From: Candidatus Undinarchaeota archaeon | GTDB lineage: Archaea > SpSt-1190 > JASMDC01 | Direction: 5' to 3' | Assembly (NCBI GenBank): GCA_964519305.1 | Contig: CAZFHY010000009.1 | Span: forward strand, 64,001-128,000 | DNA length: 64,000 nt | Part shown: positions 19,963 through 28,192 of the stretch, piece after piece | Position numbering within the stretch: position 1 is the stretch's first letter | Layout of the letters: every line of letters starts with the position of its first letter | Made by a program: the position numbers and the translations under genes | The notes under the pieces: model-generated | Told to the model about the DNA's origin: nothing | Seen by the model: only the letters and a program-made list of their open reading frames with translations | Database searches by the model: none

Positions 19963-20080
19963 ACAGATCCTCACAATTATGAGACATATCTCTCGTCAGC
20001 GTGAGCTGCATTTCTATCCGATCAATAAGTGACGATCGATAGAAGGCAGGTTATTGCGGGGGAGCGTAAGCCCCCCCGCA

Positions 20081-20212
20081 TGGGCCCGACGGGATTTGAA
20101 CCCGCGACAAACAGGTGTCTCCATCTCATTGCCAAGTGGCTCGAAACACCCGATTTCGGGATGCCGCAGTGGCTTAAGAGCCTGCCGCTCTGCCAGACTG
20201 AGCTACGGGCCC
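20081..20212 (-). tRNA. tRNA-Lys(CTT) with 58-nt intron at 37/38 (20117-20174)
   Basis: GGGCCCG acceptor, D arm, GCAGG/CCTGT anticodon stem, TTCAAAT T-loop; CTCT/GGAG central helix of a relaxed BHB. Confidence 0.9.
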
Positions 20213-20239
20213 GCTGGATTACCTATGCGGGACCTGGCC

Positions 20240-20425
20240 CTACCAGAGCCGGATCCGGTTGAATTGCTTTCTTTGCCAGTTGTACCTTCGGATTCGCGAG
20301 GTGGCGCCATACCCGCAGGCCGAGCAGCGTTTCTTCACTCGATGGTACGAGTGCCTGCCGCAGCGCCTGCACGGGAGGTGCATCGCCTTCTGGTGCTTAC
20401 CGAAGGATGGTGTACCTTTGCTCAT
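20240..20425 (-). CDS. rpl37e: 50S ribosomal protein L37e
   Basis: MSKGTPSFGK...HLPCRRCGRHSYH...CSACGYG. Confidence 0.97.
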   Translation of the reverse strand: MSKGTPSFGKHQKAMHLPCRRCGRHSYHRVKKRCSACGYGATSRIRRYNWQRKQFNRIRLW

Positions 20426-20655
20426 GCTCCCACCTCAGGTGATACGATGAGGACATTATCCCCACGGATGAGGACCCGCCCCAGACGTCGTATCTTTTTT
20501 CCTTCGTTCTGTTCCTCGGTGTTATCGAGGACAAGGTTGATGTGAATATCGAACGCCTGCAACTCACCGACGTACGAGGTGCCATTCTTCAGCTCCACGA
20601 ACACCCGTTTTCCCTTCGCGGCATTGAGTGCGTCCAAGGGTCGCTGTACGTTCAT
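20422..20655 (-). CDS. Sm-like archaeal protein (Lsm/SmAP1)
   Basis: RPLDAL, FDIHINLVL, LIRGDNV; conserved linkage with rpl37e. Confidence 0.95.
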   Translation of the reverse strand: MNVQRPLDALNAAKGKRVFVELKNGTSYVGELQAFDIHINLVLDNTEEQNEGKKIRRLGRVLIRGDNVLIVSPEVGA

Positions 20656-20707
20656 AAATTCACCCTCTATTTCGTCCTCGACACGACCTGCTTTTTTTAA
20701 ACCTATC

Positions 20708-21088
20708 CTATTGGACGAGCACGGCGTTCAGGATGCCGTGCTGGCCAGGTCGGCTGGTGACACGCGCCTTACCGGCCTCGGTCTCGATGATGGCGCCCTT
20801 CGTGATTATACCGCGTCGCACGTAGTGCGGGTTCGCGGTGTTCTCTACCACGCTGGTGACCTTGACATGCTTCTGGACCTTCTTCTTGGGATCGAACAGG
20901 TTCACGAGCTCGTCAGAGAGGAGCCGGAACTTCTGGTTTCCCCCGAGACATTGGATCTTCTTAACGCGGCGGGATCCTATCTTGGTCTCGAGGTGTGCCC
21001 GCCCTAGGTCGAATTTGCGATGTTTGCGGGCTCGCACGATGCGTTTCCCCGTAATTTTCCTTCTTGAGAATCCCTGCCAGACAGCCAT
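20708..21088 (-). CDS. rps8e: 30S ribosomal protein S8e
   Basis: MAVWQGFSRRKITG...IITKGAII...VTSRPGQHG. Confidence 0.96.
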   Translation of the reverse strand: MAVWQGFSRRKITGKRIVRARKHRKFDLGRAHLETKIGSRRVKKIQCLGGNQKFRLLSDELVNLFDPKKKVQKHVKVTSVVENTANPHYVRRGIITKGAIIETEAGKARVTSRPGQHGILNAVLVQ

Positions 21089-21211
21089 TTGTGATGCCTC
21101 TGTTCTGCTACTCCAATAGAAGATGCTAAAAACCTTTCGACTTCCGGGCCGGCTTATTAAATATTTTGCGAACGATTTATAAACCATGAAAGCACCGTTC
21201 CCCCTAAGAAC

Positions 21212-22171
21212 ATGGCCGAAGAGGGCAAACTCCGGAAGCAGGAGATAACCGAGTGCCCCGAGTGCGGGAGCAGGGACCTCTACCGCGACGAGGACCGTGG
21301 CGAAGTCGTCTGCGCCGGTTGCGGGCTGGTCATCGAGGAGTCCATGGTGGACACCTCACAAGAATGGCGCGAGTTCGACCATGAGCAAGCCTCCAAGCGC
21401 CGACGTACTGGAGCTCCACTATCGGCCGCACGACACGACCGCGGGCTCACGACAGACATCGGTAAAGGCATCAGCGAGATCTACTCCGCTCTCCCAGCCG
21501 GCAAGCGTGCCCAGTACATGCGTCTGCGCAAGTGGCAGAGCCGCATGGTCAGCGCCACGGAGCGCAACCTCCGCTTCGCTTTATCGGAACTGAAGCGTTA
21601 CTCTTCCTATCTCAATCTCCCGACGAACATCGAGGAGACCACCGCTATCCTCTACCGTAAGGCCGTGAGCAAGGGTCTGGTGCGGGGAAGGTCCATGGAG
21701 AGCGTCATTGCTGGCGCCCTCTATGCCGCGTGCCGCCGCCATAACACTCCGCGCACTCTCGAAGAGATCGCTGAGGTCTCCAAGGTGAGCAAGCGTGACA
21801 TCGGCCGTGCCTACAGGTACCTGGCCAGGGAGCTGGGCCTGCGTATCCTTCCTACCAAACCCGAGGACTATATCCCCCGGTTCGCTTCCGAGCTGGGCCT
21901 CTCGGGCGAGGTGCAGGCGACCGCCATAGAGATCATCAAGCAGGCGGAGGCAAACGAGCTAATCTCGGGCAAGGGTCCCACGGGCATCGCCGCCGCCACC
22001 CTCTATCTGGCATCCCAGATCGTCGGGGAGCGACGCACCCAGCGTCAGGTCGCAGAGGTCGCAGGTGTCACCGAGGTAACGATCCGGAACCGGTGCAAGG
22101 ACCTTATCGAGCGCCTCACACTCGAGGTACCCTCCGGCCGCCGAGGTCGACGGCGACGGAAGCGCGAGTAG
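21212..22171 (+). CDS. tfb: Transcription initiation factor IIB (TFB)
   Basis: CPECGS...CAGCG Zn ribbon, EWR B-reader, two cyclin repeats, VTEVTIRNR. Confidence 0.97.
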   Translation: MAEEGKLRKQEITECPECGSRDLYRDEDRGEVVCAGCGLVIEESMVDTSQEWREFDHEQASKRRRTGAPLSAARHDRGLTTDIGKGISEIYSALPAGKRAQYMRLRKWQSRMVSATERNLRFALSELKRYSSYLNLPTNIEETTAILYRKAVSKGLVRGRSMESVIAGALYAACRRHNTPRTLEEIAEVSKVSKRDIGRAYRYLARELGLRILPTKPEDYIPRFASELGLSGEVQATAIEIIKQAEANELISGKGPTGIAAATLYLASQIVGERRTQRQVAEVAGVTEVTIRNRCKDLIERLTLEVPSGRRGRRRRKRE

Positions 22172-22228
22172 CCCGTCACGGACAATCGAGAATCCCTTCT
22201 TCATGACCGATTTCTGTAGACGTGGTGA

Positions 22229-22250
22229 TTACTGAATTAAGATTCAGTAA
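22229..22250. terminator. Perfect 9-bp inverted repeat between convergent units
   Basis: TTACTGAAT-TAAG-ATTCAGTAA. Confidence 0.45.
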
Positions 22251-22282
22251 CGATTTCATTTCCCCTACAAGGGCGCACATCC

Positions 22283-22417
22283 CTACCCGAAGACGTTGTC
22301 CCTGTCGAGCTTTACCATGGCCTTGTTGATGCGCGACAGCTCATACCAGACATAGAACCCGATAACGAAATAGATCCACTGTGTGTACAGCAGAGCATCG
22401 GCCGTTGTGTCGATCAC
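22283..22417 (-). CDS. 44-aa single-TM micro-protein (not in ORF track)
   Basis: MIDTTADALLYTQWIYFVIGFYVWYELSRINKAMVKLDRDNVFG; GTGA overlap with upstream stop; GGTGA SD. Confidence 0.65.
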   Translation of the reverse strand: MIDTTADALLYTQWIYFVIGFYVWYELSRINKAMVKLDRDNVFG

Positions 22418-22557
22418 TCGTCACCGCCATCCTTTCCACTCTTCACTGCGAGCTCTTCGACCGCCTGGCGGAGCCGTCGCACCTCGTAGCATAGAAGGGC
22501 ACCGAAGATGGCCAGTGGCACCTGACTGATTATGACCGATTCCGGTGTCGTTAGCAT
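22414..22557 (-). CDS. 47-aa single-TM micro-protein (not in ORF track), paralogue of 22283-22417
   Basis: MLTTPESVIISQVPLAIFGALLCYEVRRLRQAVEELAVKSGKDGGDE; SD GGAGTGA. Confidence 0.65.
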   Translation of the reverse strand: MLTTPESVIISQVPLAIFGALLCYEVRRLRQAVEELAVKSGKDGGDE

Positions 22558-22581
22558 GTTCGTCACTCCGTTGGATTATCC

Positions 22582-23703
22582 TTATACGTCTTTTCCACCG
22601 CGGGCACCACCACCTAGACCCACGGCCTGTTTCGCCCGCAATCCCAGATAGCGGTAGATAGCTCCTGTCAGACGTCGCAGCTGCTTGTTCCAGAGGGATG
22701 CTGCCGAGAAGTACACCAGGCCCTCAACGAACATCGACGACAGCATGGAGAACCGCACTATATCACCAATGGCCCGGTTGGATGCACCGGCCTCATCGTA
22801 ACGCTGCCGGATGGTCTTGGCGGTCTGCTCCTCGACCGAGAGTTCGCGACGATGGTCCATACTCTCGAGCACGTCTTCTGGTGGTATCGGCTGCTCACGC
22901 ACACGCTCGATGAGCGCGTCGAGGTCCTCTCCCTTCTCCTCGAAGTAGGTACGGATGATCGACCGACCGTATTCGAGGTCCGACTCCAAGTGGCGCACGA
23001 CCTCCTCATGGATGAGATTGTCCGAGTAGGGATTGGAGAGGAACACGCCCACGACGTTGGCGAGCACACAGTAGGGCTGACGGTGTATGTGGTAGCCCTT
23101 GAGGCCTGGTGCACGGACCCGGTTCCCCATATCGATGCCCAGCTCGCCCAGGGCTGCGTCCTCCTTCCCTACTGTATAGAAATAGGATGGATGGATATGT
23201 CGGATTCCGAACTCACCGTAGAAGCGCTTGAGAGTATCGAGAACTCCGGGCATCTGCTCGGGATTATGCACCTCTTCCTGGATGGCCCCATCAGCCGCCA
23301 GCGGTATAGCGTTCTCGAGACAGTAGATGACCGTCCGCACGTGCATGATGAACTTGCAAGTGATGCAGGCGAAGTGGAGGCAGTCCCAGTGACGTACCTG
23401 GTTGTCCATCCACCAGGGAGGGATCGGCATGATCGAATGACGTACCTTTCCAGGGAAGGCCTTCTTCAGTGCATCGGACGACTTCTCCGAGAACTTCACG
23501 AAGATATCGACGTCCGTCTCGTAGGTGACGAGATGGACCTCGTCAAGGAGCCGGGAGAGAATGCCCGAGGCCAGTGACGAGTCGCCGCCACCCGAGAACA
23601 TCACCGCTGCCCGTAGAGGTGTGCCCTTCGTCACGTCCCCCGGGTCCGTGTCGGTTGATTTAAAGGTTTGCGCTCCGCCGCTGTCGGCGCGATCATCCTT
23701 CAT
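22582..23703 (-). CDS. PP-loop (AANH) ATPase with CxxCK and QPxC, sulfur-insertase-like
   Basis: FSGGGDSS, CITCK, PEQ, QPYC; C-terminal extension with a hydrophobic helix. Confidence 0.75.
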   Translation of the reverse strand: MKDDRADSGGAQTFKSTDTDPGDVTKGTPLRAAVMFSGGGDSSLASGILSRLLDEVHLVTYETDVDIFVKFSEKSSDALKKAFPGKVRHSIMPIPPWWMDNQVRHWDCLHFACITCKFIMHVRTVIYCLENAIPLAADGAIQEEVHNPEQMPGVLDTLKRFYGEFGIRHIHPSYFYTVGKEDAALGELGIDMGNRVRAPGLKGYHIHRQPYCVLANVVGVFLSNPYSDNLIHEEVVRHLESDLEYGRSIIRTYFEEKGEDLDALIERVREQPIPPEDVLESMDHRRELSVEEQTAKTIRQRYDEAGASNRAIGDIVRFSMLSSMFVEGLVYFSAASLWNKQLRRLTGAIYRYLGLRAKQAVGLGGGARGGKDV

Positions 23704-23715
23704 CTGCGAGCCACC

Positions 23716-24096
23716 TCACGCTATTGAGAGCTGTCCGATGGCCCCGAGAACGACAAGGACGAGCGCCAGCGTCATCACGACGCCCGATAGCGCGCACAGG
23801 GGAGCGAAGTTACGGTAAACGATACCGCCTACGCCGGGCGAGTGCCTGAGGAGGCGTCCTACGATCCGGCACCTCGCTCGCGGGCTCACGTCGGGTTCGG
23901 CAAGGAGTACGGGAGCTGTGTCGGCCAGATAGGATAGGTAGAATCGAGCAGGTGCCCTGTACCGCGGGAGCACGAGGGCCGTGAGAACTAGCACGGGAAC
24001 GAACACGATGTTGAACGCTGTCGTGACCGCGAGCGCCAAGAGGAAACCCACATACGAAACAGGTTCCCGTCCCTCGTTCCCACCACAGCAAACCAT
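23716..24096 (-). CDS. Small membrane protein with N-terminal CCG motif
   Basis: MVCCGG; SD GGAG; shares C(R/K)xxGxLxxxxPxxxxxxYxxF with 25277. Confidence 0.7.
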   Translation of the reverse strand: MVCCGGNEGREPVSYVGFLLALAVTTAFNIVFVPVLVLTALVLPRYRAPARFYLSYLADTAPVLLAEPDVSPRARCRIVGRLLRHSPGVGGIVYRNFAPLCALSGVVMTLALVLVVLGAIGQLSIA

Positions 24097-24126
24097 TAAA
24101 GGTACTCTCCTGTATCGCTCAATAAT

Positions 24127-24165
24127 ACTTAACGGGGTAAAATATATTAACTTAACGCCGTTAAG
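24127..24165. promoter_or_regulatory. Divergent promoter with palindrome CTTAACG-C-CGTTAAG (24151-24165) and partial copy at 24128
   Basis: AT-rich 79-bp spacer between divergent genes. Confidence 0.6.
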
Positions 24166-24175
24166 GTAGTGTATT

Positions 24176-24520
24176 ATGAAACCACCATGCGAGATTGTGA
24201 CAATGCACATTCTCCCCGCTGTCCGGTCATCCTTGTCGCGTATGCTGGTCGAGAAGCACGGGATGACGCGCGCTGCCGTCGCCAAGCGACTGGGCGTCAC
24301 CCAAGCGGCCGTGACCCAGTACTTCAAGGCGGTGAGGGGCACCCGGAACAAGGAGGTCATCGACGAGAACTTCAGTGACCTCATCGATGATATCGCCACC
24401 CGCATCGCGCGGGGTGAGGACGAGCTCGAGGGCATCTGTGGTCTCTGCAAGACCATCAGGAACGATGAGCGGTTCAAGCGGTACATCGAGCGGGGCAAGT
24501 GCGACGTCTGTACGGGATAG
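24176..24520 (+). CDS. Archaeal HTH regulator (COG2522-like) with Cys motifs
   Basis: MKPPCEI, VAKRLGVTQAAVTQY, CGLC, CDVC. Confidence 0.85.
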   Translation: MKPPCEIVTMHILPAVRSSLSRMLVEKHGMTRAAVAKRLGVTQAAVTQYFKAVRGTRNKEVIDENFSDLIDDIATRIARGEDELEGICGLCKTIRNDERFKRYIERGKCDVCTG

Positions 24521-24523
24521 GTC

Positions 24524-25276
24524 ATGCCAAAGCGTGAAAAAGAGCGAGAGGAACCACCTGACGATCGCGGGGACGATGTTGCCGTCCTGTTCTCAGGGGG
24601 AGTCGACTCGACAACGGTCGCCGTGCTGGCCGCCGAGCGGTTCAAGCGGGTTCATCTCCTCACCTTCAACACAGGCTTCCTCTACAACATGGACCTATCG
24701 GGCAAGCACGTGGTCACCCTCAAAGAGCTCTTCGGTGATGATGCCATACGTCACGAGCTCATCGACATCCGTCGCGTCTGGCGCGCCGTCCAGCGCACGA
24801 ACATCACCTCGGACCTGCTGCGCTACCGATCATGGTTCATCCTGTGCATGGGATGCAAGCTGACCATGCACGCTGCCACCATCCGCTACTGTCGTGAGCA
24901 CGGGATACACCATGCCTATGGCGGCGAGAACGTATGCCAGGACCAGTATCCCGAGCAGAAGCAGGCCATTCTCGACGAACTCCAAGGTCTGTATAAAGAG
25001 TACGACATCACCTATGAGTCGCCGGTGTACAACTTCACGAATATTGAGGAGGACACCAAGCTCCAGTCCCTCGGGTTCCGGCTCGGACATCACCTCAAGC
25101 TCTTCCCTAATACCAAGGGTTCCTATCACGGCACCCAGCCTTTCTGTCTCTCCTTCCCGATCTATCCTTTCGCGAACATGTTCCCACCAAAGGACACGCC
25201 CGTAGTCGAGTATCTCCAAGAGCACCTTCCACGGGCACGTGCGTTCATCGAGGACGAGCATAGGGAGGATGACTGA
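24524..25276 (+). CDS. PP-loop (AANH) ATPase with CxxCK and QPxC, paralogue of 22582
   Basis: FSGGVDST, CMGCK, YPEQ, QPFC. Confidence 0.78.
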   Translation: MPKREKEREEPPDDRGDDVAVLFSGGVDSTTVAVLAAERFKRVHLLTFNTGFLYNMDLSGKHVVTLKELFGDDAIRHELIDIRRVWRAVQRTNITSDLLRYRSWFILCMGCKLTMHAATIRYCREHGIHHAYGGENVCQDQYPEQKQAILDELQGLYKEYDITYESPVYNFTNIEEDTKLQSLGFRLGHHLKLFPNTKGSYHGTQPFCLSFPIYPFANMFPPKDTPVVEYLQEHLPRARAFIEDEHREDD

Positions 25277-25597
25277 ATGCCGTGCTGTGGCGTGTCCCCG
25301 GACACTAACACTCCGTTCATGCGGCTCTTCGTCTTCGTGCTCGGCCTATTCCTCAGCTTCCTAGCGCTCGTGAGGCCCGGGTATAGTAAGCTGGCGAGGA
25401 ACGCCTATGCTTACGTCTTCAAGGGCACGGACATGGAGCGGCGGGTGAAATGCAAGCTCACCGGCCAGCTCATGCCCCGATACCCGCGCCTGGCAAGCTA
25501 TCTCTACAAGACCTTCGAAGTGAACTTCCTGCGTGTGTCGGTCGTCGGGATGATCGCTCTCGTCTTCCTGGTCCGCCAGGCAATAGTGACGTTCTAG
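25277..25597 (+). CDS. Small membrane protein with N-terminal CCG motif, paralogue of 23716
   Basis: MPCCG; two TMs; RRVKCKLTGQLMPRYPRLASYLYKTF. Confidence 0.72.
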   Translation: MPCCGVSPDTNTPFMRLFVFVLGLFLSFLALVRPGYSKLARNAYAYVFKGTDMERRVKCKLTGQLMPRYPRLASYLYKTFEVNFLRVSVVGMIALVFLVRQAIVTF

Positions 25598-25601
25598 CGG
25601 C

Positions 25602-26636
25602 TCATGCCCCTATGTAGCGGGCATAGAGCGAGCGTGCCACGCTCGGATCATCGGTCCCTCGTACTAGCGCACGACCATCCTTGAAGACGACAAGCTCGTT
25701 CTCGGCCAGCGAGAGTGTGAGCGTGTGCTCTGTCAGCTGCACCTCGCCAAGGCCCCGGAGACGCTCCGATAGCTCCGGAAGGGAGAGTTCTCCTGATTTG
25801 GCCGGTGTCACCTGCACCATCTCTCGACCGCACATGATAGTGGTCAGACCGGTCCGTCCACCCTCAAGGAACTCGTAACGCCCCTCTCCACAGCATCCGC
25901 ATCGCGGGTCCCGTGCGACCTCCACTCGCCGCAGCTCGCGCCGCCAGGCATCGTAGACGACAAGGTCCCTGTCAATGTCCTCCCGGCCCAGGATGAGCTT
26001 GAGGGCTTCAGAGGTCTCCAGTGCCCCGATCACAAGGGGGAGGGTGTTGAGCACGCCGACGCGATCGCACGTATCCAGCGATCCGGGCGGGGGCAGGGAG
26101 GGAAGACAGCACCGGAGGCATGGCGTATCCCCAGGTACTATCGTCAGGCTCATCCCCAAGGTGGACACGGCACCACCGTACACCCACGGCACACCATGTT
26201 TCACGCATGCGTCGTTGAGTAGGAACCTGCTCTCGAGGTTGTCGGTGCCATCTATGACGACGTCCATTCCGTCAAGGAGGTCCTCAACGGTCTTAGGGCC
26301 CACGTCCTTGACAACACCTTCCACGACCACATCATGGTTGATGGCCTGGAGGCGCTCGACCGCAGCGATTGCCTTGGGCGAACCTACGTCGCCCTCGTCG
26401 AACAGCACCTGACGCTGTAGGTTGCTCAGTTCCACAAGGTCCCGGTCGACCAGCCTCACATGTCCCACGCCCGCCCGGACGAGAGCGGATGCCACGACCG
26501 TGCCCAGGGCCCCGACACCGATGACCAGTGCCGACCCACCAGCGAGCCGTTCCTGTCCCTCGGTACCGACCTCGGGAAGGATTACCTGCCTTCCATACCT
26601 GTCGTCGGAGGGTCTGGGACCATCGGTAGTCGCCAT
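25602..26636 (-). CDS. moeB: ThiF/MoeB family adenylyltransferase with C-terminal extra domain
   Basis: RYGRQ, GVGALG, DRDLVELSNLQRQ, DGTDN, PCLRC, TCDRVG, CGCC. Confidence 0.88.
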   Translation of the reverse strand: MATTDGPRPSDDRYGRQVILPEVGTEGQERLAGGSALVIGVGALGTVVASALVRAGVGHVRLVDRDLVELSNLQRQVLFDEGDVGSPKAIAAVERLQAINHDVVVEGVVKDVGPKTVEDLLDGMDVVIDGTDNLESRFLLNDACVKHGVPWVYGGAVSTLGMSLTIVPGDTPCLRCCLPSLPPPGSLDTCDRVGVLNTLPLVIGALETSEALKLILGREDIDRDLVVYDAWRRELRRVEVARDPRCGCCGEGRYEFLEGGRTGLTTIMCGREMVQVTPAKSGELSLPELSERLRGLGEVQLTEHTLTLSLAENELVVFKDGRALVRGTDDPSVARSLYARYIGA

Positions 26637-26743
26637 GATGGTGATATGATGGAGGAACAGGGATAAAAACATGGCCTTTTGGGCCTTTCCACGCCCAGGC
26701 CCAAGCGAAAAGTCCTAAAACCTTCCCCTCCTGCGACGGGGTG

Positions 26744-27925
26744 ATGGCGCTACCGGGTACCGTGCTCGTGCGATATGGTGAGCTCGCACTGAAGAAGGGC
26801 ACGATCCGCACAGGTTTCGAGCGGGAGCTCGTCCGTAATATCCAGCGCCTCCTTGAGCACAAGGGCATTCAAGGAAAGGTCACCCGGGACCGCGGACGCG
26901 TGTTCATCGCTACCGACGAGCCACGTGCTGCTGCCGAGGCGACCGCACGCGTGTTCGGTGTCACATCGTGTTCCGTCGTCGAGACCTGTGGCGTAGAGAT
27001 GGATGTCATCGTAAACGCCGTCGCGTCCTTCGCAGCAGAGCACCTCCCCTCTGACACATCGTTCGCCGTCCGGGCCCGCCGCGCAGGCACCCACTCGTTC
27101 ACCAGCATCGATGTCGGTAAGGCCGTCGGCCAGGGTATACGCGACGAACGGCCTGACCTCACCGTCGACCTGGATGCACCTGTGAGCGAGGTGTTCGTCG
27201 AAGTGCGACAGAAAGAAGCGTACTACTTCCTCGACCGTGTGGAGGGCACCGGCGGCCTCCCCCTCGCCACCCAGGGCAGGACCGCAGTGCTCATCTCGGG
27301 TGGTATCGACTCGCCCGTTGCCGCATGGCTCATGATGAAGCGCGGTTGTGTCCCCATCTTCATCCACTTCGTGCTCGATCCCTTCTCCGACATGGCCAAC
27401 CGCGACCGCGCAGTGGACATGTGCCACCGGCTCAAGTGCTGGGCCATCGGCCGCAAGGTCAAGCTATACCTCGTCCCGCACGGTGAGAACCTAGCCGAGA
27501 TCGCGCGATCGTGCCCGCACCACCTCCAGTGCGTCCTGTGTCGCAGGATGATGTACCGTATCGCCGACGTCATCGCAGAACGCGAGCGTGCTCTCTCGCT
27601 CACCACAGGGGAGAGCCTCGGACAGGTGGCATCACAGACCGCTGAGAACCTCTTCGTCGAGGACAGGGTGTCCACACGACCTGTGTTCCGCCCGCTCATC
27701 GGCCTGGACAAGCTCGAGATCACGCGTATCGGTGAGCGCATCGGTACGTTCGAGGTTTCGGTCAAACCGGCCGGGTGCTGCACGATAACCCCTGACCGCC
27801 CCGAGAAGCGGGGGAAGCTCCCTATCGTCGAGGAGGCGGAGCAGGCGCTGGACATCGACGCCCTTGTGAAGGCTGCCCTGGAGGGCGCCAAGATCGTCGA
27901 GGTGGAGGCGAAAGGATGCGAGTGA
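26744..27925 (+). CDS. thiI: tRNA 4-thiouridine synthase ThiI (no rhodanese domain; CxxC+C type)
   Basis: RYGELALK, THUMP domain, GGLP, SGGIDSPVA, CVLCRR, GESLGQVASQT, GCC. Confidence 0.95.
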   Translation: MALPGTVLVRYGELALKKGTIRTGFERELVRNIQRLLEHKGIQGKVTRDRGRVFIATDEPRAAAEATARVFGVTSCSVVETCGVEMDVIVNAVASFAAEHLPSDTSFAVRARRAGTHSFTSIDVGKAVGQGIRDERPDLTVDLDAPVSEVFVEVRQKEAYYFLDRVEGTGGLPLATQGRTAVLISGGIDSPVAAWLMMKRGCVPIFIHFVLDPFSDMANRDRAVDMCHRLKCWAIGRKVKLYLVPHGENLAEIARSCPHHLQCVLCRRMMYRIADVIAERERALSLTTGESLGQVASQTAENLFVEDRVSTRPVFRPLIGLDKLEITRIGERIGTFEVSVKPAGCCTITPDRPEKRGKLPIVEEAEQALDIDALVKAALEGAKIVEVEAKGCE

Positions 27926-28179
27926 TCCGGCCCTGCACGTCCAAGGGAGGTTTCGTGCTCGAGTTCCCTAAAGGTCGGCGCCTGGGCATGGGCGATGTGA
28001 GCGACCTCCTCGCCCCTGTAGATGACGCAAAGGTGCTGTCAACGACGCCGGTCGTTGTGATGGCCGAGGTCAGTGGTGTACGCGTGAGCGTCCACCCGCG
28101 AAAGCTCCTTGTGCTGACACGCGAGAAGGATACTGCCCAAGAGGTCGCGGAGCGTGTGTACGATGCGCTTTTCCCATGA
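27916..28179 (+). CDS. Small hypothetical protein overlapping the thiI stop
   Basis: ORF with typical composition; pattern resembles the MoeB C-terminal domain. Confidence 0.6.
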   Translation: MRVIRPCTSKGGFVLEFPKGRRLGMGDVSDLLAPVDDAKVLSTTPVVVMAEVSGVRVSVHPRKLLVLTREKDTAQEVAERVYDALFP

Positions 28180-28192
28180 GGGGCGACTTGAA

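Noticed and set aside
20040-20080. AGAAGGCAGGTTATT resembles the RNase P RNA 3' motif
   Set aside because: No 5' GAGGAAAGTCC partner or room for the RNA; the adjacent hairpin is better read as a tRNA 3' trailer
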